From positions 1 to 64,000 of the forward strand of contig CAWFJJ010000025.1 in the NCBI GenBank assembly GCA_963816185.1: a stretch of DNA of 64,000 nt, read 5' to 3'. Positions within the stretch are counted from its first letter, which is position 1. Each line of letters begins with the position of its first letter. This stretch comes from Thermoanaerobaculia bacterium. Lineage in GTDB: Bacteria; Acidobacteriota; Thermoanaerobaculia; UBA5066. Of the stretch, positions 50,045 to 61,198 are shown piece after piece. The notes beneath the pieces are model-generated. The model was not told where the DNA came from and made no database searches. It saw only the letters and a list, made by a program, of their open reading frames with translations. A program made the translations under genes and the position numbers.

Positions 50045-53000
50045 ATGTCCCGGTTCTTCCTCGAGCGCCCCGTCTTCGCCTGGGTCATCGCGATCGCGAT
50101 GATGCTGGCGGGCGGCCTGGCGATCTGAAGCTCCCGATCTCCCAGTACCCGCCGATCGCCCCGCCGTCGATCTCGATCAGCGCCATCTATCCCGGCGCCT
50201 CCGCCAAGACCGTCGAGGACTCGGTCGTCCAGATCATCGAGCAGAAGATGACCGGCCTCGACCGGATGCTCTACATGGACTCCACGTCCGACTCCTCGGG
50301 GAGCGCGGCGGTCACGCTCACCTTCGCGCCCGGGACCGACCCCGACATCGCCTGGGCGAAGGTCCAGAACAAGCTCCAGCTCGCGATGCCCGCCCTCCCC
50401 GACGTCGTCCAGCAGACCGGCGTCACGGTGAGCAAGTCGACCCGGAACTACCTCCTCATCGCCGGCGTCATCTCCGAGGACGGCAGCATGGACAACGCCG
50501 ACCTCAGCGACTACATCGTCTCGAAGATCGAGTCGGTCATCGGCCGGGTCCCCGGGGTCGGCGAGGTCCAGGTCTTCGGCACCGCCTACTCGATGCGGGT
50601 CTGGCTCGATCCGGACAAGCTCACGAAGTACGGGATGACGTCGGACGACGTCGTCGCCGGCGCTCCGCGCCTACAACGTCGAGGTCTCGGCCGGCCAGCT
50701 CGGCGGCGCTCCGGCCGTGCCGGGCCAGCGGCTCAACGCCTCGATCCTCGTGCAGTCGCTCCTGAAGACGCCGGAGGAGTTCGCGGCGGTCCCGCTCCGG
50801 ACGAACGCGGACGGCTCGGTCGTGAAGGTGAAGGACGTCGGCCGGACCGAGCTCGGGACCGAGATCCCCGACCTCAAGTTCCAGTTCAACGGGAAGCCGG
50901 CCGGGGTCTTCGCCGTCCGGCAGGAGGCGGGGGCGAACGCGCTCGAGACCGCCGACCGGGTCAAGGCGAAGATGGTGGAGCTCTCGAGGTACTTCCCGCC
51001 CGGCATGAAGGTCATCTTCGTCTACGACACGACGCCCTTCGTGAAGGTCGCGATCGACGAGGTCTTCAAGACGCTCCTCGAGGCGATCGTCCTCGTCTTC
51101 CTCGTCATGTACCTCTTCCTCGGGAACTTCCGGGCGACGCTGATCCCGACGATCGCCGTCCCGGTCGTCCTCCTCGGCACCTTCGGCGTCCTCGGCCTCC
51201 TCGGCTACTCGATCAACATGCTGACGATGTTCGCGCATGGTCCTCGCGATCGGCCTCCTCGTCGACGACGCGATCGTCGTGGTCGAGAACGTCGAGCGGA
51301 TCATGAGCGAGGAGGGGCTCGCTCCGCTGCGAGGCGACCGCAGAAGTCGATGGACCAGATCACGAGCGCCCTCGTCGGCATCGGCCTCGTCCTCTCGGCG
51401 GTCTTCGGGCCGATGATCTTCTTCCCCGGCTCCACCGGCGTCATCTACCGGCAGTTCTCCGTGACGGTCATCGCCTCGATGCTCCTCTCGGTCCTCGTGG
51501 CCCTCATCCTGACGCCCGTCCTCTGCGCCGTCGCTCCTGAGGCCGGTCGCGAAGGGGCACGAGGCGGCCGAGACCGGCTTCCGCCTGCTCCGGCCGTTCT
51601 TCCTCTGGTTCGACCGCGTCTTCTACCGGCTCCGCGACGGCTACATGGCGGCGGTCGCGCGCGTCCTCGGCCGGCAGGCGCGCTACGCCGCCGTCTTCCT
51701 CGTCATCGTCGCGGTGATGGCGGTCCTCTACCGGCGGATGCCGACCGGCTACCTCCCCGAGGAGGACCAGGGGACCCTGATGGCGATGGTCCAGCTCCCG
51801 GTCGGCTCGACGCTCGAGCAGACCGAGGCCGTCATGGACGAGGTGCGAGCGCCACTTCCTCGTCGACCAGAAGGACGCCGTGAAGTCGTGCGGGGCGATC
51901 GCCGGGTTGGGCTTCGGCGGACGCGGCCAGAACATGGGGATGGTCTTCGTCCAGCTGAAGGACTGGAAGCTGCGCGACCGCCCCGGCCTCCGCGCGAAGG
52001 ACGTGGCCGGCAAGGCGATGCGGGCGCTCTCGGCGCATGCGCGGCGCCGTCATCTTCGCCTTCCCGCCTCCCGCCGTCGTCGAGCTCGGCACCGCGACCG
52101 GATTCGACCTCATGGTGCAGGACCGGGGCGCCCTCGGGCACGAGGGGCTCTCGAAGGCGATCGACCAGCTGCTCGGCCTCGCCGCGAAGGACCCGCGCCT
52201 CGCCCGCGTGCGGCTGAACGGGATGACGGACGTCCCCCAGTACAAGGTCGACATCGACTGGGAGAAGGCGGGCACGCTCGGCGTCCCCGTCAGCTCGGTG
52301 CAGAGCTACGTCTCGACCGCGTTCGGCAGCGCCTACGTCGGCAACTTCGTCCAGGGGGGGCGGGTCAAGCGCGTCTACGCGCAGGCCGACGCCCCGTTCC
52401 GGATGCTCCCGGAGGACCTCCACCGGCTCCAGGTCCGCAACAGGCAGGGCGGGCTCGTCCCTCTCTCGGCCGTCGCCTCGGGCCGGTGGGTCTACGGCTC
52501 GCCGCGCCTCGAGCGCTTCAACGCGCTTCCCCGCGATGAACATCCAGGGCGAGCCGGCGCCGGGCACGAGCTCCGGCGAGGCGATGAACGCGATGGAGGA
52601 GCTGATCAAGAAGCTTCCCGCCGGACGTCGGCTTCGAGTGGACCGGCCTCTCCTACCAGCAGCGGATGTCGGAGTCGCAGGCCGGGCTCCTCTACGCCTT
52701 CTCGGTCCTCGTGATCTTCCTCGTCCTCGCGGCGCTCTACGAGAGCTGGACGGTCCCGATCTCGATCGTCCTCGCCCTGCCGCTCGGCGTCATCGGGGGC
52801 GTCGATCGCCTCGTCGCTGCGGGGGATGTCGAACGACGTCTACTTCCAGATCGGGCTCCTCACCGTCCTCGGCCTGACGACGAAGAACGCGATCCTGATC
52901 GTCCAGTTCGCGACGGCGAACCGCGAGAAGGGGATGGGCCTCGTCGAGGCGACGCTCGAGGCGGCGAAGACGAGGCTCCGGCCGATCGTCATGACGTCGC

Positions 53001-53225
53001 TGGCGTTCGGCTTCGGCGTCCTGCCGCTCGCGCTCGCCTCGGGCGCCGGCGCCGGGGCGCAGATGGCGATCGGCACGAGCGTCCTCGGCGGCATGCTGAG
53101 CGGCACCTTCCTCGCCGTCCTCCTGATCCCGCTCCTCTACGTCCTCGTCGTCAGGCTCTTCGAGAGGAAGAAGGCCGCGGGCCGCGCCCGCCCCCGAGAC
53201 GCCGCTCCCGGCGGAGGGAAAGTGA
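50045..53225 (+). pseudogene. acrB: AcrB/MexB-like HAE1 RND transporter with many frameshifts
   Basis: [52 protein letters not shown] in separate ORF pieces. Confidence 0.85.
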
Positions 53226-54649
53226 TGAACCGCAGGCTGATCCCGCTCGTCCTGCGCCTGCTCCCGCGGCGCTCCTCCTCGGCGGCTGCACGATGATCCC
53301 GAAGTACGAGCGCCCCGCGCCGCCCGTGCCCGGCGTCCTTCGACGGCGGAGCCCGCGGCCGCCGGCGCGCGGCGCAGGCGCCCGCTGCCGCGGCCGATCT
53401 CCGCTGGCAGGACTTCTTCACCGACCCCGCCTGCGGTCGCTCATCGACCTCGCGCTCGCGAACAACCGCGACCTGAGGGTCGCGACGCTCAACATCGAGA
53501 AGGATGCGGGCCCTCTACCGGATCCAGCGCGCGGAGCTGACCCGACGATCGGGGTCCAGGCCAGCGGCGACAGGTACCGCATCCCGGAGAGGATCGGCGA
53601 CAACGGCAAGGCGAGCACCGTCTCGCAGTACTCGGTCGAGGTCGGCCTCGCGTCGTGGGAGCTGGACTTCTTCGGGCGGATCCGGAGCCTGAACGCCCGC
53701 GTCTCTCGAGCAGTACCTCGCGACGGAGGAGGCCCGCCGGGCCGCGCAGACCGCGCTCGTGGCCGCCGTGGCCGGGAGCTACCTGAGCCTCGCGGCCGAC
53801 GGCGAGAACCTCCGGCCTCGCGCAGGTAGACGCTCGAGGCGCAGCAGTCGTCGCTACGAGCTGATCCGCGAAGACCCGGGACGCGGGCCTCGCGTCCGAC
53901 CTCGACCTCCGCCAGGCCCAGAGCCAGGTGGAGGCGGCGCGGGTGAGCGTCGCGGCCTTCACGGGCGCCGTCGCCGTCGACCGGCACGCGCTCCAGCTCC
54001 TCGTCGGCTCGCCCGTCGGGCCCGATCTCCTCCCCGAGCGTTCGGCGCCGTGACGGACCCGAAGAGGCGTCGCCGCCGGGCTGCCGTCCGACGTCCTCCT
54101 CCGCCGGCCCGACATCCTCGCGGCCGAGCACCAGCTCCGCGCCGCGAACGCGAACATCGGGGCGGCCCGCGCGGCCTTCTTCCCGCGGATCTCGCTCACC
54201 GCGCGGCTCGGCACGCTGGGCCCCGAGCTCTCCGAGCCTCTTCGGCGTCGGGGACGAGGACGTGGAGCTTCGTGCCGCAGATCGTCGCCCCCCTCTTCGC
54301 GAGCGGGTCGCTCATCGCGAACCTGAAGGTCTCGAAGGTCGACCGCGAGATCGCCGTCGCCGCAGTACGAGAAGGCGATCCAGGCCGCCTTCGCCGAGGT
54401 CAGCGACGCGCTGACCCTGCGGACGACGCTCGTCGCCCAGCGCGAGGCGCAGGAGGCCTCGTGCGTCGCGCTCGACGAGACGCTGGCGCCTCTCCGACGC
54501 CCGCTACAAGGCGGGCATCGACGGCTACCTCGGCGTCCTCGTGGCCCAGCAGGCCCTCTTCGCCGCCCAGAAGGGGCGAGGTGGGCGTCCGCCTCGCGGA
54601 GCAGGCGAACCTCGTCACCCTCTACAAGGTCCTCGGCGGGGGGGTCTGA
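53225..54649 (+). pseudogene. OprM-like outer-membrane factor with many frameshifts
   Basis: [14 protein letters not shown] lipobox, ALANNRDLR, SWELDFFGR, LYKVLGGG in different frames. Confidence 0.8.
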
Positions 54650-54798
54650 CGCGAGGCCTGGAAACGAGAAGGGCGTTCTGCTCGGCTTGCCCGCGGGGAT
54701 GGCTTCGTTCACGCCTCTCCGCACCTTGAACGCGGGGCGGATGATAAAACTGGCGGTGGAGAACCTGGCCCTCATCGCTCCAGAAAACGGAAGTGACC

Positions 54799-55944
54799 AT
54801 GAAGCTGATCGTTCCGAGGGAAACAAGGGATGGCGAGAAACGCGTGGCGCTCGTTCCCGAGTCCGTCAAGAAGCTCGCGAAGGCCGGCGTCTCCGTGACC
54901 ATCGAGCAGGGCGCGGGCGCGGGTTCGTTCCTCGACGATCGCGCCTACGTCGAGGCGGGCGCCACCGTCGCAACGGATTTTTTGGCATCGCTTTCAGAGG
55001 CGGATCTCGTGTTGAAAGTCAACCCGCCCACGCTCGAAGAGGTGAACTTGATGCGGCCGGGGGCGATGCTCCTCGCCGCTTTCACGCCCTCCCGGAATCT
55101 CGAGCTCGTCCGGAAGCTCGCCGAGCGAAAGGTGACTGCGTTTTCCACCGACACGATCCCTCGCATCACCCGGGCGCAGGCCATGGACGTTCTCTCCTCG
55201 ATGGCTTCCATCGCAGGCTACAAGGCCGTGATCATGGCCGCCGACGCCCTCCCCAGGTATTTCCCGATGCTCATGACCGCGGCGGGCACGGTGCTGCCCG
55301 CCAGGGTGTTCGTGATCGGGGCCGGGGTCGCGGGGTTGCAGGCCATCGCGACCGCCCGGCGCCTGGGCGCCGTGGTGGAGGCCACCGACACGCGCCCGGC
55401 GGTGAGGACCGAAATCGAGAGCCTGGGAGCCAAGTACGTCGGCGTCGAGGCGGGCGAAGAGGCTCAGGACGCGGGGGGCTACGCGAAAGCGCTGTCCCAG
55501 GAGTTCTACCGCAAGCAGGCGGAGCTGATCGCGAGACACTGTGCGGCCGCCGACGTCGTGATCACGACCGCGCTCATCGGCGGCGTCACGGCGCCGAAGC
55601 TGATCACCGCCGAAATGGTCGACCGGATGAAGCCTGGCTCGGTCATCGTCGACCTCGCCGCACCCGGAGGCGGGAACTGCACGCTGACCAGGCCGGGCGA
55701 GACCGTCGAGCACAACGGCGTGAGAATCCTCGCCCCGCTGAACCTTCCGTCGGAGGTGGCCTTTCACGGGAGCCTCCTCTATTCGCGCAACCTCACGGCC
55801 TTCGTCCTGGCCTTCTGGAAGGGCGGGGTGTTCGCGCTCGACCTCTCGGACGACATCCTCAAGGAGGCCACCATCACGCATGACGGCAAGGTGATTCACA
55901 TCCCGACCGCGCAGGCTCTGGAGAAAGTAGGAGCGCGCCCGTGA
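54799..55944 (+). CDS. pntA: NAD(P) transhydrogenase alpha subunit, part 1 (dI)
   Basis: EKRVALVP, PRITRAQAMD, GAGVAGLQA, GGYAK, GGNC. Confidence 0.95.
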   Translation: MKLIVPRETRDGEKRVALVPESVKKLAKAGVSVTIEQGAGAGSFLDDRAYVEAGATVATDFLASLSEADLVLKVNPPTLEEVNLMRPGAMLLAAFTPSRNLELVRKLAERKVTAFSTDTIPRITRAQAMDVLSSMASIAGYKAVIMAADALPRYFPMLMTAAGTVLPARVFVIGAGVAGLQAIATARRLGAVVEATDTRPAVRTEIESLGAKYVGVEAGEEAQDAGGYAKALSQEFYRKQAELIARHCAAADVVITTALIGGVTAPKLITAEMVDRMKPGSVIVDLAAPGGGNCTLTRPGETVEHNGVRILAPLNLPSEVAFHGSLLYSRNLTAFVLAFWKGGVFALDLSDDILKEATITHDGKVIHIPTAQALEKVGARP

Positions 55945-56237
55945 ACGCCGAACTCCTGATCTCGCATCTCTGGGTTTTCCTGCTGGCGACGTTCGTGGGG
56001 CTTCTCGTGATCCGGCGCGTTTCGCCCCTCCTCCATACGCCCCTCATGTCCCTCACGAACGCCATCTCGGCCATCGCGGTCGTGGGGTCCCTCGTGGTGG
56101 CCGGGCGCCAGCAATCGACGCTCAGCACGGTCCTCGGAACGGTCGCCGTGACCGCTTCCATGATCAACATCGTCGGCGGCTACCTGATCACGTACCGCAT
56201 GTTGTCCATGTTCAAGAAGGGCAAGCAGGGCAAGTGA
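55941..56237 (+). CDS. pntA: NAD(P) transhydrogenase alpha subunit, part 2
   Basis: LHTPLMSLTNAIS, NIVGGY.IT.RML.MF. Confidence 0.95.
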   Translation: MNAELLISHLWVFLLATFVGLLVIRRVSPLLHTPLMSLTNAISAIAVVGSLVVAGRQQSTLSTVLGTVAVTASMINIVGGYLITYRMLSMFKKGKQGK

Positions 56238-57640
56238 TGGGCGCCGAGTCCTGGATCCAGATCGTCTACGTTCTGTCCGCCCTTTGCTTCATCCTCGCCC
56301 TCAACTGGCTGAGCGCGGTCCCCACCGCCCGCCGGGGGGTCCTCACGGGCGTCCTCGGCATGGTGCTCGCCGTCGGCGGCACCCTGCTCAGCCCCGGGAT
56401 CGTCAGCTACACGTGGATCGCCGTCGCTTTCGTGATCGGCTCCGTCATCGGCGTTCCCATGGCCATGATGCCGATGACCGCCGTCCCGCAGCGGACGGCG
56501 CTCTCCCACGCCTTCGGCGCGCTCGCCGCGGCCCTCGTCGGCACGGCGGAGTACTTCCTCCGCGCCGGCGGCGCGGAAATGGACCGGTTCACCATGGGCG
56601 CCCTCGGCGTGGAGGTCATCCTCGGGTTTCTCACCTTCACGGCCAGCCTGATGGCGTTCGGCAAGCTGCAGGAGATTCTTCCTCAGAGGCCCATTACCTA
56701 CAGGGGACAGAATCTCGTCAACCTCGGGATGCTGGCCGCGGCGGTCAGCCTGGCTGCCTGGCTGGTCGTCCACCCCGGGAGCCATGGCCTCTTCCTGCTC
56801 ATGTGCGGGCTGGCCCTCGGCTTCGGCGTGCTGCTGATCGTCCCGATCGGCGGCGCCGACATGCCGACCGTCATCTCGCTGCTCAACGCCTACGCCGGGC
56901 TCTCCGCGGCGGCGATGGGCTTCGTGCTCAACAACAAGCTTCTCATCATTGCAGGCTCGCTGGACGGCAGCTCGGGCCTGATCCTGTCCATCATCATGTG
57001 CAAGGCCATGAACCGGTCCTTTTCAAACGTCCTCTTCGGGGCTTTTGGACAGGTCACGGCCGCGGCGGCGGTGGGGGGGCAGCAGAAGAGTTACAGGAGC
57101 GCCAGCGCCGAAGAGGCGGCCAGCATCCTTTTGAACGCTTCTTCCGTGATGGTCGTCCCCGGTTACGGCATGGCCGCGGCCCAGGCCCAGCACAAGGTGC
57201 GGGAGCTTTACGACCAGCTCATCAGACAAGGCGTGAACGTGAAATTCGCCATTCACCCCGTAGCCGGGCGCATGCCGGGCCACATGAACGTCCTCCTGGC
57301 CGAAGCGAACATCCCCTACGACGCCCTGCTGGAACTGGAAGAGGCCAACTCGGAGCTGCCCCAATGCGACGTGGCCCTCGTCATCGGGGCCAACGACGTG
57401 ACCAATCCCGCCGCCCGCCACGACAAGGGGAGCCCGATCTACGGCATGCCCATCATCGACACCGACAAGGCCCGCACTGTGATGGTCATCAAACGCAGCA
57501 TGAGCCCTGGCTTCGCCGGCGTCGACAACGAGCTCTATTACCTCGACCGAACGCTCATGTTGTTCGGAGACGCCAAGGCTTTCGTCGCCGATCTCATCAA
57601 GGAAGTAGACGCCCAGGGCGGCGGGTTCGAGGAAGCTTAG
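56237..57640 (+). CDS. pntB: NAD(P) transhydrogenase beta subunit
   Basis: PIGGADMP, MNRS, VPGYG, IHPVAGRMPGHMNVLLAEA, GANDV. Confidence 0.96.
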   Translation: MGAESWIQIVYVLSALCFILALNWLSAVPTARRGVLTGVLGMVLAVGGTLLSPGIVSYTWIAVAFVIGSVIGVPMAMMPMTAVPQRTALSHAFGALAAALVGTAEYFLRAGGAEMDRFTMGALGVEVILGFLTFTASLMAFGKLQEILPQRPITYRGQNLVNLGMLAAAVSLAAWLVVHPGSHGLFLLMCGLALGFGVLLIVPIGGADMPTVISLLNAYAGLSAAAMGFVLNNKLLIIAGSLDGSSGLILSIIMCKAMNRSFSNVLFGAFGQVTAAAAVGGQQKSYRSASAEEAASILLNASSVMVVPGYGMAAAQAQHKVRELYDQLIRQGVNVKFAIHPVAGRMPGHMNVLLAEANIPYDALLELEEANSELPQCDVALVIGANDVTNPAARHDKGSPIYGMPIIDTDKARTVMVIKRSMSPGFAGVDNELYYLDRTLMLFGDAKAFVADLIKEVDAQGGGFEEA

Positions 57641-57649
57641 CCACGATGT

Positions 57650-57958
57650 TCACGAGCTCGGTTCTTTGAGCTCGACGAGGACGCAGTCCATGTTCGTATC
57701 TCCCAGGTTCTCACCGGTGTGCGACCGCTCCGGGACCCAGGCCACGTCGCCTCGTTTCGCGTGCCGGGTCGTCGGAGAGGAGCCGGGCACGAGATTCCGG
57801 ACCGTGTAGTCGCTCGTGGACACGACAACCATGTCGGGGTGCGAATGGAGACGCCATCTCGTCCCGGGATCGGCGTGGAATGCGAGCACGCGCACGCGGG
57901 CGTTTTCGAATACGACCCGGTAGTGATCCGGAACGACGAGAATGGGATCGTCTTTCAT
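57650..57958 (-). CDS. Cupin domain protein
   Basis: ENARVRV, HSHP, H..EN, VELK. Confidence 0.75.
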   Translation of the reverse strand: MKDDPILVVPDHYRVVFENARVRVLAFHADPGTRWRLHSHPDMVVVSTSDYTVRNLVPGSSPTTRHAKRGDVAWVPERSHTGENLGDTNMDCVLVELKEPSS

Positions 57959-57987
57959 GATTTCCCCTTCCCGAGAGCCTGCCCCTG

Positions 57988-58578
57988 TCAGCCTCCCGGC
58001 GACTGCGCCTGCGCGAACTTCGATTTCGGCGCCGCCTTTGGCGCAGACGGGCGCTCCACGCGGTCGGCAGTACGGCAGTCGGCGCCCTCGTCGAACGGGA
58101 CGCGCAGGACGACCTGGTCTCCTGGCTTCAGGCCCTTGGCCACGAGGGCGCGAGGGGCGAGCGCGACCTGCCGCTCGCGCCCGCTCTTCTCGAGAATGGT
58201 GATCGCATTCTTCGTGTAGGCCTTGACGGTCCCGCGCAGGGTCACGTACGCCGCTCCGACGACAGACGGGCCGGTCGGACCGCTTGGGGCCGGCGATACG
58301 TACGGAGCGCCGCCGGATACTCCGGGATCAGGCGCGGCGACAGCGCCTCCCGCCCGAGCCGTCAGCCGCGGTGCACCCGGGACGGGCGCCCGCTCGCCCT
58401 GCAGAATCCGCCCGCACTTCGCCTGCGTCATCGTGTCGCTCGGCCGCACGAGCGTTTCCTTGTTGCTCTGACCGAGTGCGGACGGCACCGTCACGTGCTG
58501 CTCGGCGCCCGGAACACGTTCCTGCGCCATCGCGGGCAGGCCGAGCACCGCCGAGAGAATCAGCGGAATGTATTTCAT
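57988..58578 (-). CDS. Secreted hypothetical protein
   Basis: MKYIPLILSAVLGLPAMA signal; OB-like G.V...GLKPGDQV. Confidence 0.55.
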   Translation of the reverse strand: MKYIPLILSAVLGLPAMAQERVPGAEQHVTVPSALGQSNKETLVRPSDTMTQAKCGRILQGERAPVPGAPRLTARAGGAVAAPDPGVSGGAPYVSPAPSGPTGPSVVGAAYVTLRGTVKAYTKNAITILEKSGRERQVALAPRALVAKGLKPGDQVVLRVPFDEGADCRTADRVERPSAPKAAPKSKFAQAQSPGG

Positions 58579-58658
58579 CCACCCAATATAGGTCCGGTGC
58601 GGCGACGGGCCGTCGCTCATTATTGACGCAGATGCATCACCGATCCTGGCGTTCGGAT

Positions 58659-59036
58659 CTATCCGGCGTCCGGGCCCATCGGTTGCCAGAGCTCGATCGG
58701 ATTTCCCTCGGGGTCGTGGATCCGCGCGAATCGGCCGTTCGGATAAGGCTCGGGGTCGAGCTCGACGTCGACGCCCCCTTCGCGGAGCTGGGCGATCAGC
58801 GCGTCCAGGTCACGCACGCGAAAGTTGATCATCCACGTCCTCCGCGCGCTGCCGAAGTACGTCGTCGACTCCGGAAACGGCGCGAACACGGTCGGCCCCG
58901 CGTCCTGCCGCCAGGGCGCCGCGTCGTACGTCGGGGGCGCCGACTCGACGCCGAGATACTCGCGGTACCAGCGGCTCAGTCCGTCGGGATTCTTGGCCAC
59001 GAAAAAAACGCCGCCGATGCCGTTCACCTTCTCCAT
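58659..59036 (-). CDS. VOC/glyoxalase family protein
   Basis: GIGGVFF, INFRV.DLD, DPEGNPIELW; AAGGAG RBS. Confidence 0.9.
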   Translation of the reverse strand: MEKVNGIGGVFFVAKNPDGLSRWYREYLGVESAPPTYDAAPWRQDAGPTVFAPFPESTTYFGSARRTWMINFRVRDLDALIAQLREGGVDVELDPEPYPNGRFARIHDPEGNPIELWQPMGPDAG

Positions 59037-59066
59037 GAAATCTCCTTTGTAAGCCGACGCACGGAC

Positions 59067-60095
59067 TCAGTTTCGCGCATTCTCCACGACCAGGACGCCC
59101 GCGCCGCGAATGGCGTCCGTCTTCAGGGCGATCAAGGCCTCGTTCGCCTCTTCGAGGGCGAAGGTCCGGATGTGCGTCGACACGGGGATGCGCGCGGCCT
59201 CGGCGAGGAACGCGCGCCCGTCGTCGCGGGTGTTGTTCGCGACGCTGCGGACGATGCGCTCTTTGTAGAGGAGCTCGTACGGGATCGGCGGGGAGTCGCT
59301 CATGTGGATTCCGCCGAGGACGAGCGTTCCCCCCTTGTCGAGCGCCGCAAGCCCGGCGGGAATCAGGTCGCCGGCGGGGGCGAATATGATCGCCGCGTCG
59401 AGGCTCGACGGCGGGACGTCGCGGACGCCGCCGACCCACGCGGCCCCGAGCTCCTCGGCGAGGGCCTGGTGACGTTCGCGATCCCGCGTCATCACGTAGA
59501 CGTCGGCGCCTCGCGCGCGCGCAATCTGGATCGCGATGTGCCCCGCGGCGCCGAAGCCGTAGATTCCGAGCCGCGCCCCGCGGAAGCCCGAGGGGCCGCC
59601 TGCGAGGCCCGTCAGGCGGAGAGCGCGATATCCGATGATGCCGGCGCAGAGGAGCGGCGCCGCGACGACGTCGGAGAATCCGCCGGGCAGCTCGTAGACG
59701 AAGTCCGCCTCGGCCAGGATCGTCGTCGCGAAGCCGCCGTCGACGGTCCATCCCGTGAACGCGGGGGTGTCGCACAGGTTCTCGCGGCCGCTCGTGCAGA
59801 AGCGGCAGACGCCGCAGGTCCGGTGGAGCCAGCCGATCCCGACGCGCCGGCCGAGCAGCACCTCGGCGCCCGTCCCCACGCCGGCGACCGTCCCCGCGAC
59901 CTGATGGCCCGGAATCACGAGCGGCTTCACGACCGGCAGCTCGCCCTCGACGACGTGGAGATCCGTCCGGCAGATCCCGCACGCCGAGATCTTCACGAGG
60001 ACCTGGCCGGGGCCGGGAGTCGGATCGGGAACGTCTTCGAGGACGAGGGGCCGCGTCTCGACCGGAGCCGGAGCGTGGAGCCTGAGGGCGCGCAC
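59067..60095 (-). CDS. Zinc-dependent alcohol dehydrogenase family protein
   Basis: [19 protein letters not shown]...C, LCAGIIG, GFGAAG. Confidence 0.9.
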   Translation of the reverse strand: MRALRLHAPAPVETRPLVLEDVPDPTPGPGQVLVKISACGICRTDLHVVEGELPVVKPLVIPGHQVAGTVAGVGTGAEVLLGRRVGIGWLHRTCGVCRFCTSGRENLCDTPAFTGWTVDGGFATTILAEADFVYELPGGFSDVVAAPLLCAGIIGYRALRLTGLAGGPSGFRGARLGIYGFGAAGHIAIQIARARGADVYVMTRDRERHQALAEELGAAWVGGVRDVPPSSLDAAIIFAPAGDLIPAGLAALDKGGTLVLGGIHMSDSPPIPYELLYKERIVRSVANNTRDDGRAFLAEAARIPVSTHIRTFALEEANEALIALKTDAIRGAGVLVVENARN

Positions 60096-60100
60096 TCGTC

Positions 60101-60400
60101 TTACCCGGGCGATTCGAACGTGAACGCGTAGATCTCGATCGATCCGTCGTCCCGGGTTCTGTGAACCGCCTTCAGGACCTTCCCCCGCGGCGGCTCGAGG
60201 TCCTGCCGGAACGTGACCTCGATCGTTCCCCGGGCGGTGTCGTGAACCGGGCGTCCGACGATCTGTCCCACCTGGAGCACGTCGTTCCGATTCAGCGTGA
60301 CAGCCTGGTTGAGGCTTTCTGCCAGCGTTCCGTGTTCGACCTGTTCGGGGGTGAGCGCGCACGCGACGGTCTTGACCATCTCCTTGATTCTAGGGCTCAA
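60101..60400 (-). CDS. Small hypothetical protein
   Basis: Fills the gap between co-oriented genes; TTG start. Confidence 0.5.
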   Translation of the reverse strand: MSPRIKEMVKTVACALTPEQVEHGTLAESLNQAVTLNRNDVLQVGQIVGRPVHDTARGTIEVTFRQDLEPPRGKVLKAVHRTRDDGSIEIYAFTFESPG

Positions 60401-60404
60401 CCCG

Positions 60405-61187
60405 TCAGCCCTGCGGCACTCTCCGTTGCTCTTCGAGGAGGCCCAGCAGCCGGAGCAGGCCGTCGAGAATCGTGAGCGGGTGGGGCGGGCAGCCGGGGAT
60501 GAAGAGGTCGACCGGCAGGACGGACGACACGCCGCCGTGCTGCTCGGGATGGCCGGCGTACGGCCCCCCGCTGATCGCGCACGCCCCCACGGCGATCACG
60601 ATCTTCGGCGGCGGGACCGCGTCGTACGTCTTCTCGAGCGCGAGCCGCATGTTCTCGGTCACGGGTCCGGTGATGAGGAGCCCGTCCGCGTGGCGCGGAG
60701 ACGCGACGACCTGGATTCCGAACCGTTCTATGTCCCAGCCGACCGTCCCGAGGACGTTGACGTCCGAGCTGCAGGCGTTGCAGTCGCCGGCGCTCACGAC
60801 GCGCAGCTTCAGAGAGCGTCCGAAGAGCCGGCGGAGCGTTCCCTCGAGAGCGTCCGCGAGCGGCAGCGGTTGGCCCGCGAGGACGAGGTCTTCGCGCTTT
60901 CGGGTCGCGAGCCTGAAGTCGCGCGTGAACGCGATCGCCCCCTCCGGGCAGGCGGTCACGCACTCGACGCAGAAGAGACAGCGGCCGAGGTCGAGCGCGA
61001 GCGGGCCGTCTTTGGGGATGGCGTCGGTCGGGCAGACGTCCGCGCACGACCGGCACCCCTCCGGACACTTCGCTCCGTCGAGCGCGGGAAGCCCGCGAAA
61101 CCGCTCGGGCATCGGCGGCGGGTCGCCCGCCGGGTATGCCATCGTGCGGTGCCCTTGATGCGCGCGCGCGAGGAGCGCTTTCAGCAT
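60405..61187 (-). CDS. Ehr small subunit: 2[4Fe-4S] ferredoxin (NuoI-like) fused to NuoB/HycG-like domain
   Basis: C...C..C...CP and CLFCVEC...CP; GDCNAC, SPRHAD, GACAISGG, PGCPP. Confidence 0.88.
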   Translation of the reverse strand: MLKALLARAHQGHRTMAYPAGDPPPMPERFRGLPALDGAKCPEGCRSCADVCPTDAIPKDGPLALDLGRCLFCVECVTACPEGAIAFTRDFRLATRKREDLVLAGQPLPLADALEGTLRRLFGRSLKLRVVSAGDCNACSSDVNVLGTVGWDIERFGIQVVASPRHADGLLITGPVTENMRLALEKTYDAVPPPKIVIAVGACAISGGPYAGHPEQHGGVSSVLPVDLFIPGCPPHPLTILDGLLRLLGLLEEQRRVPQG

Positions 61188-61198
61188 GAGTCCTCTCT

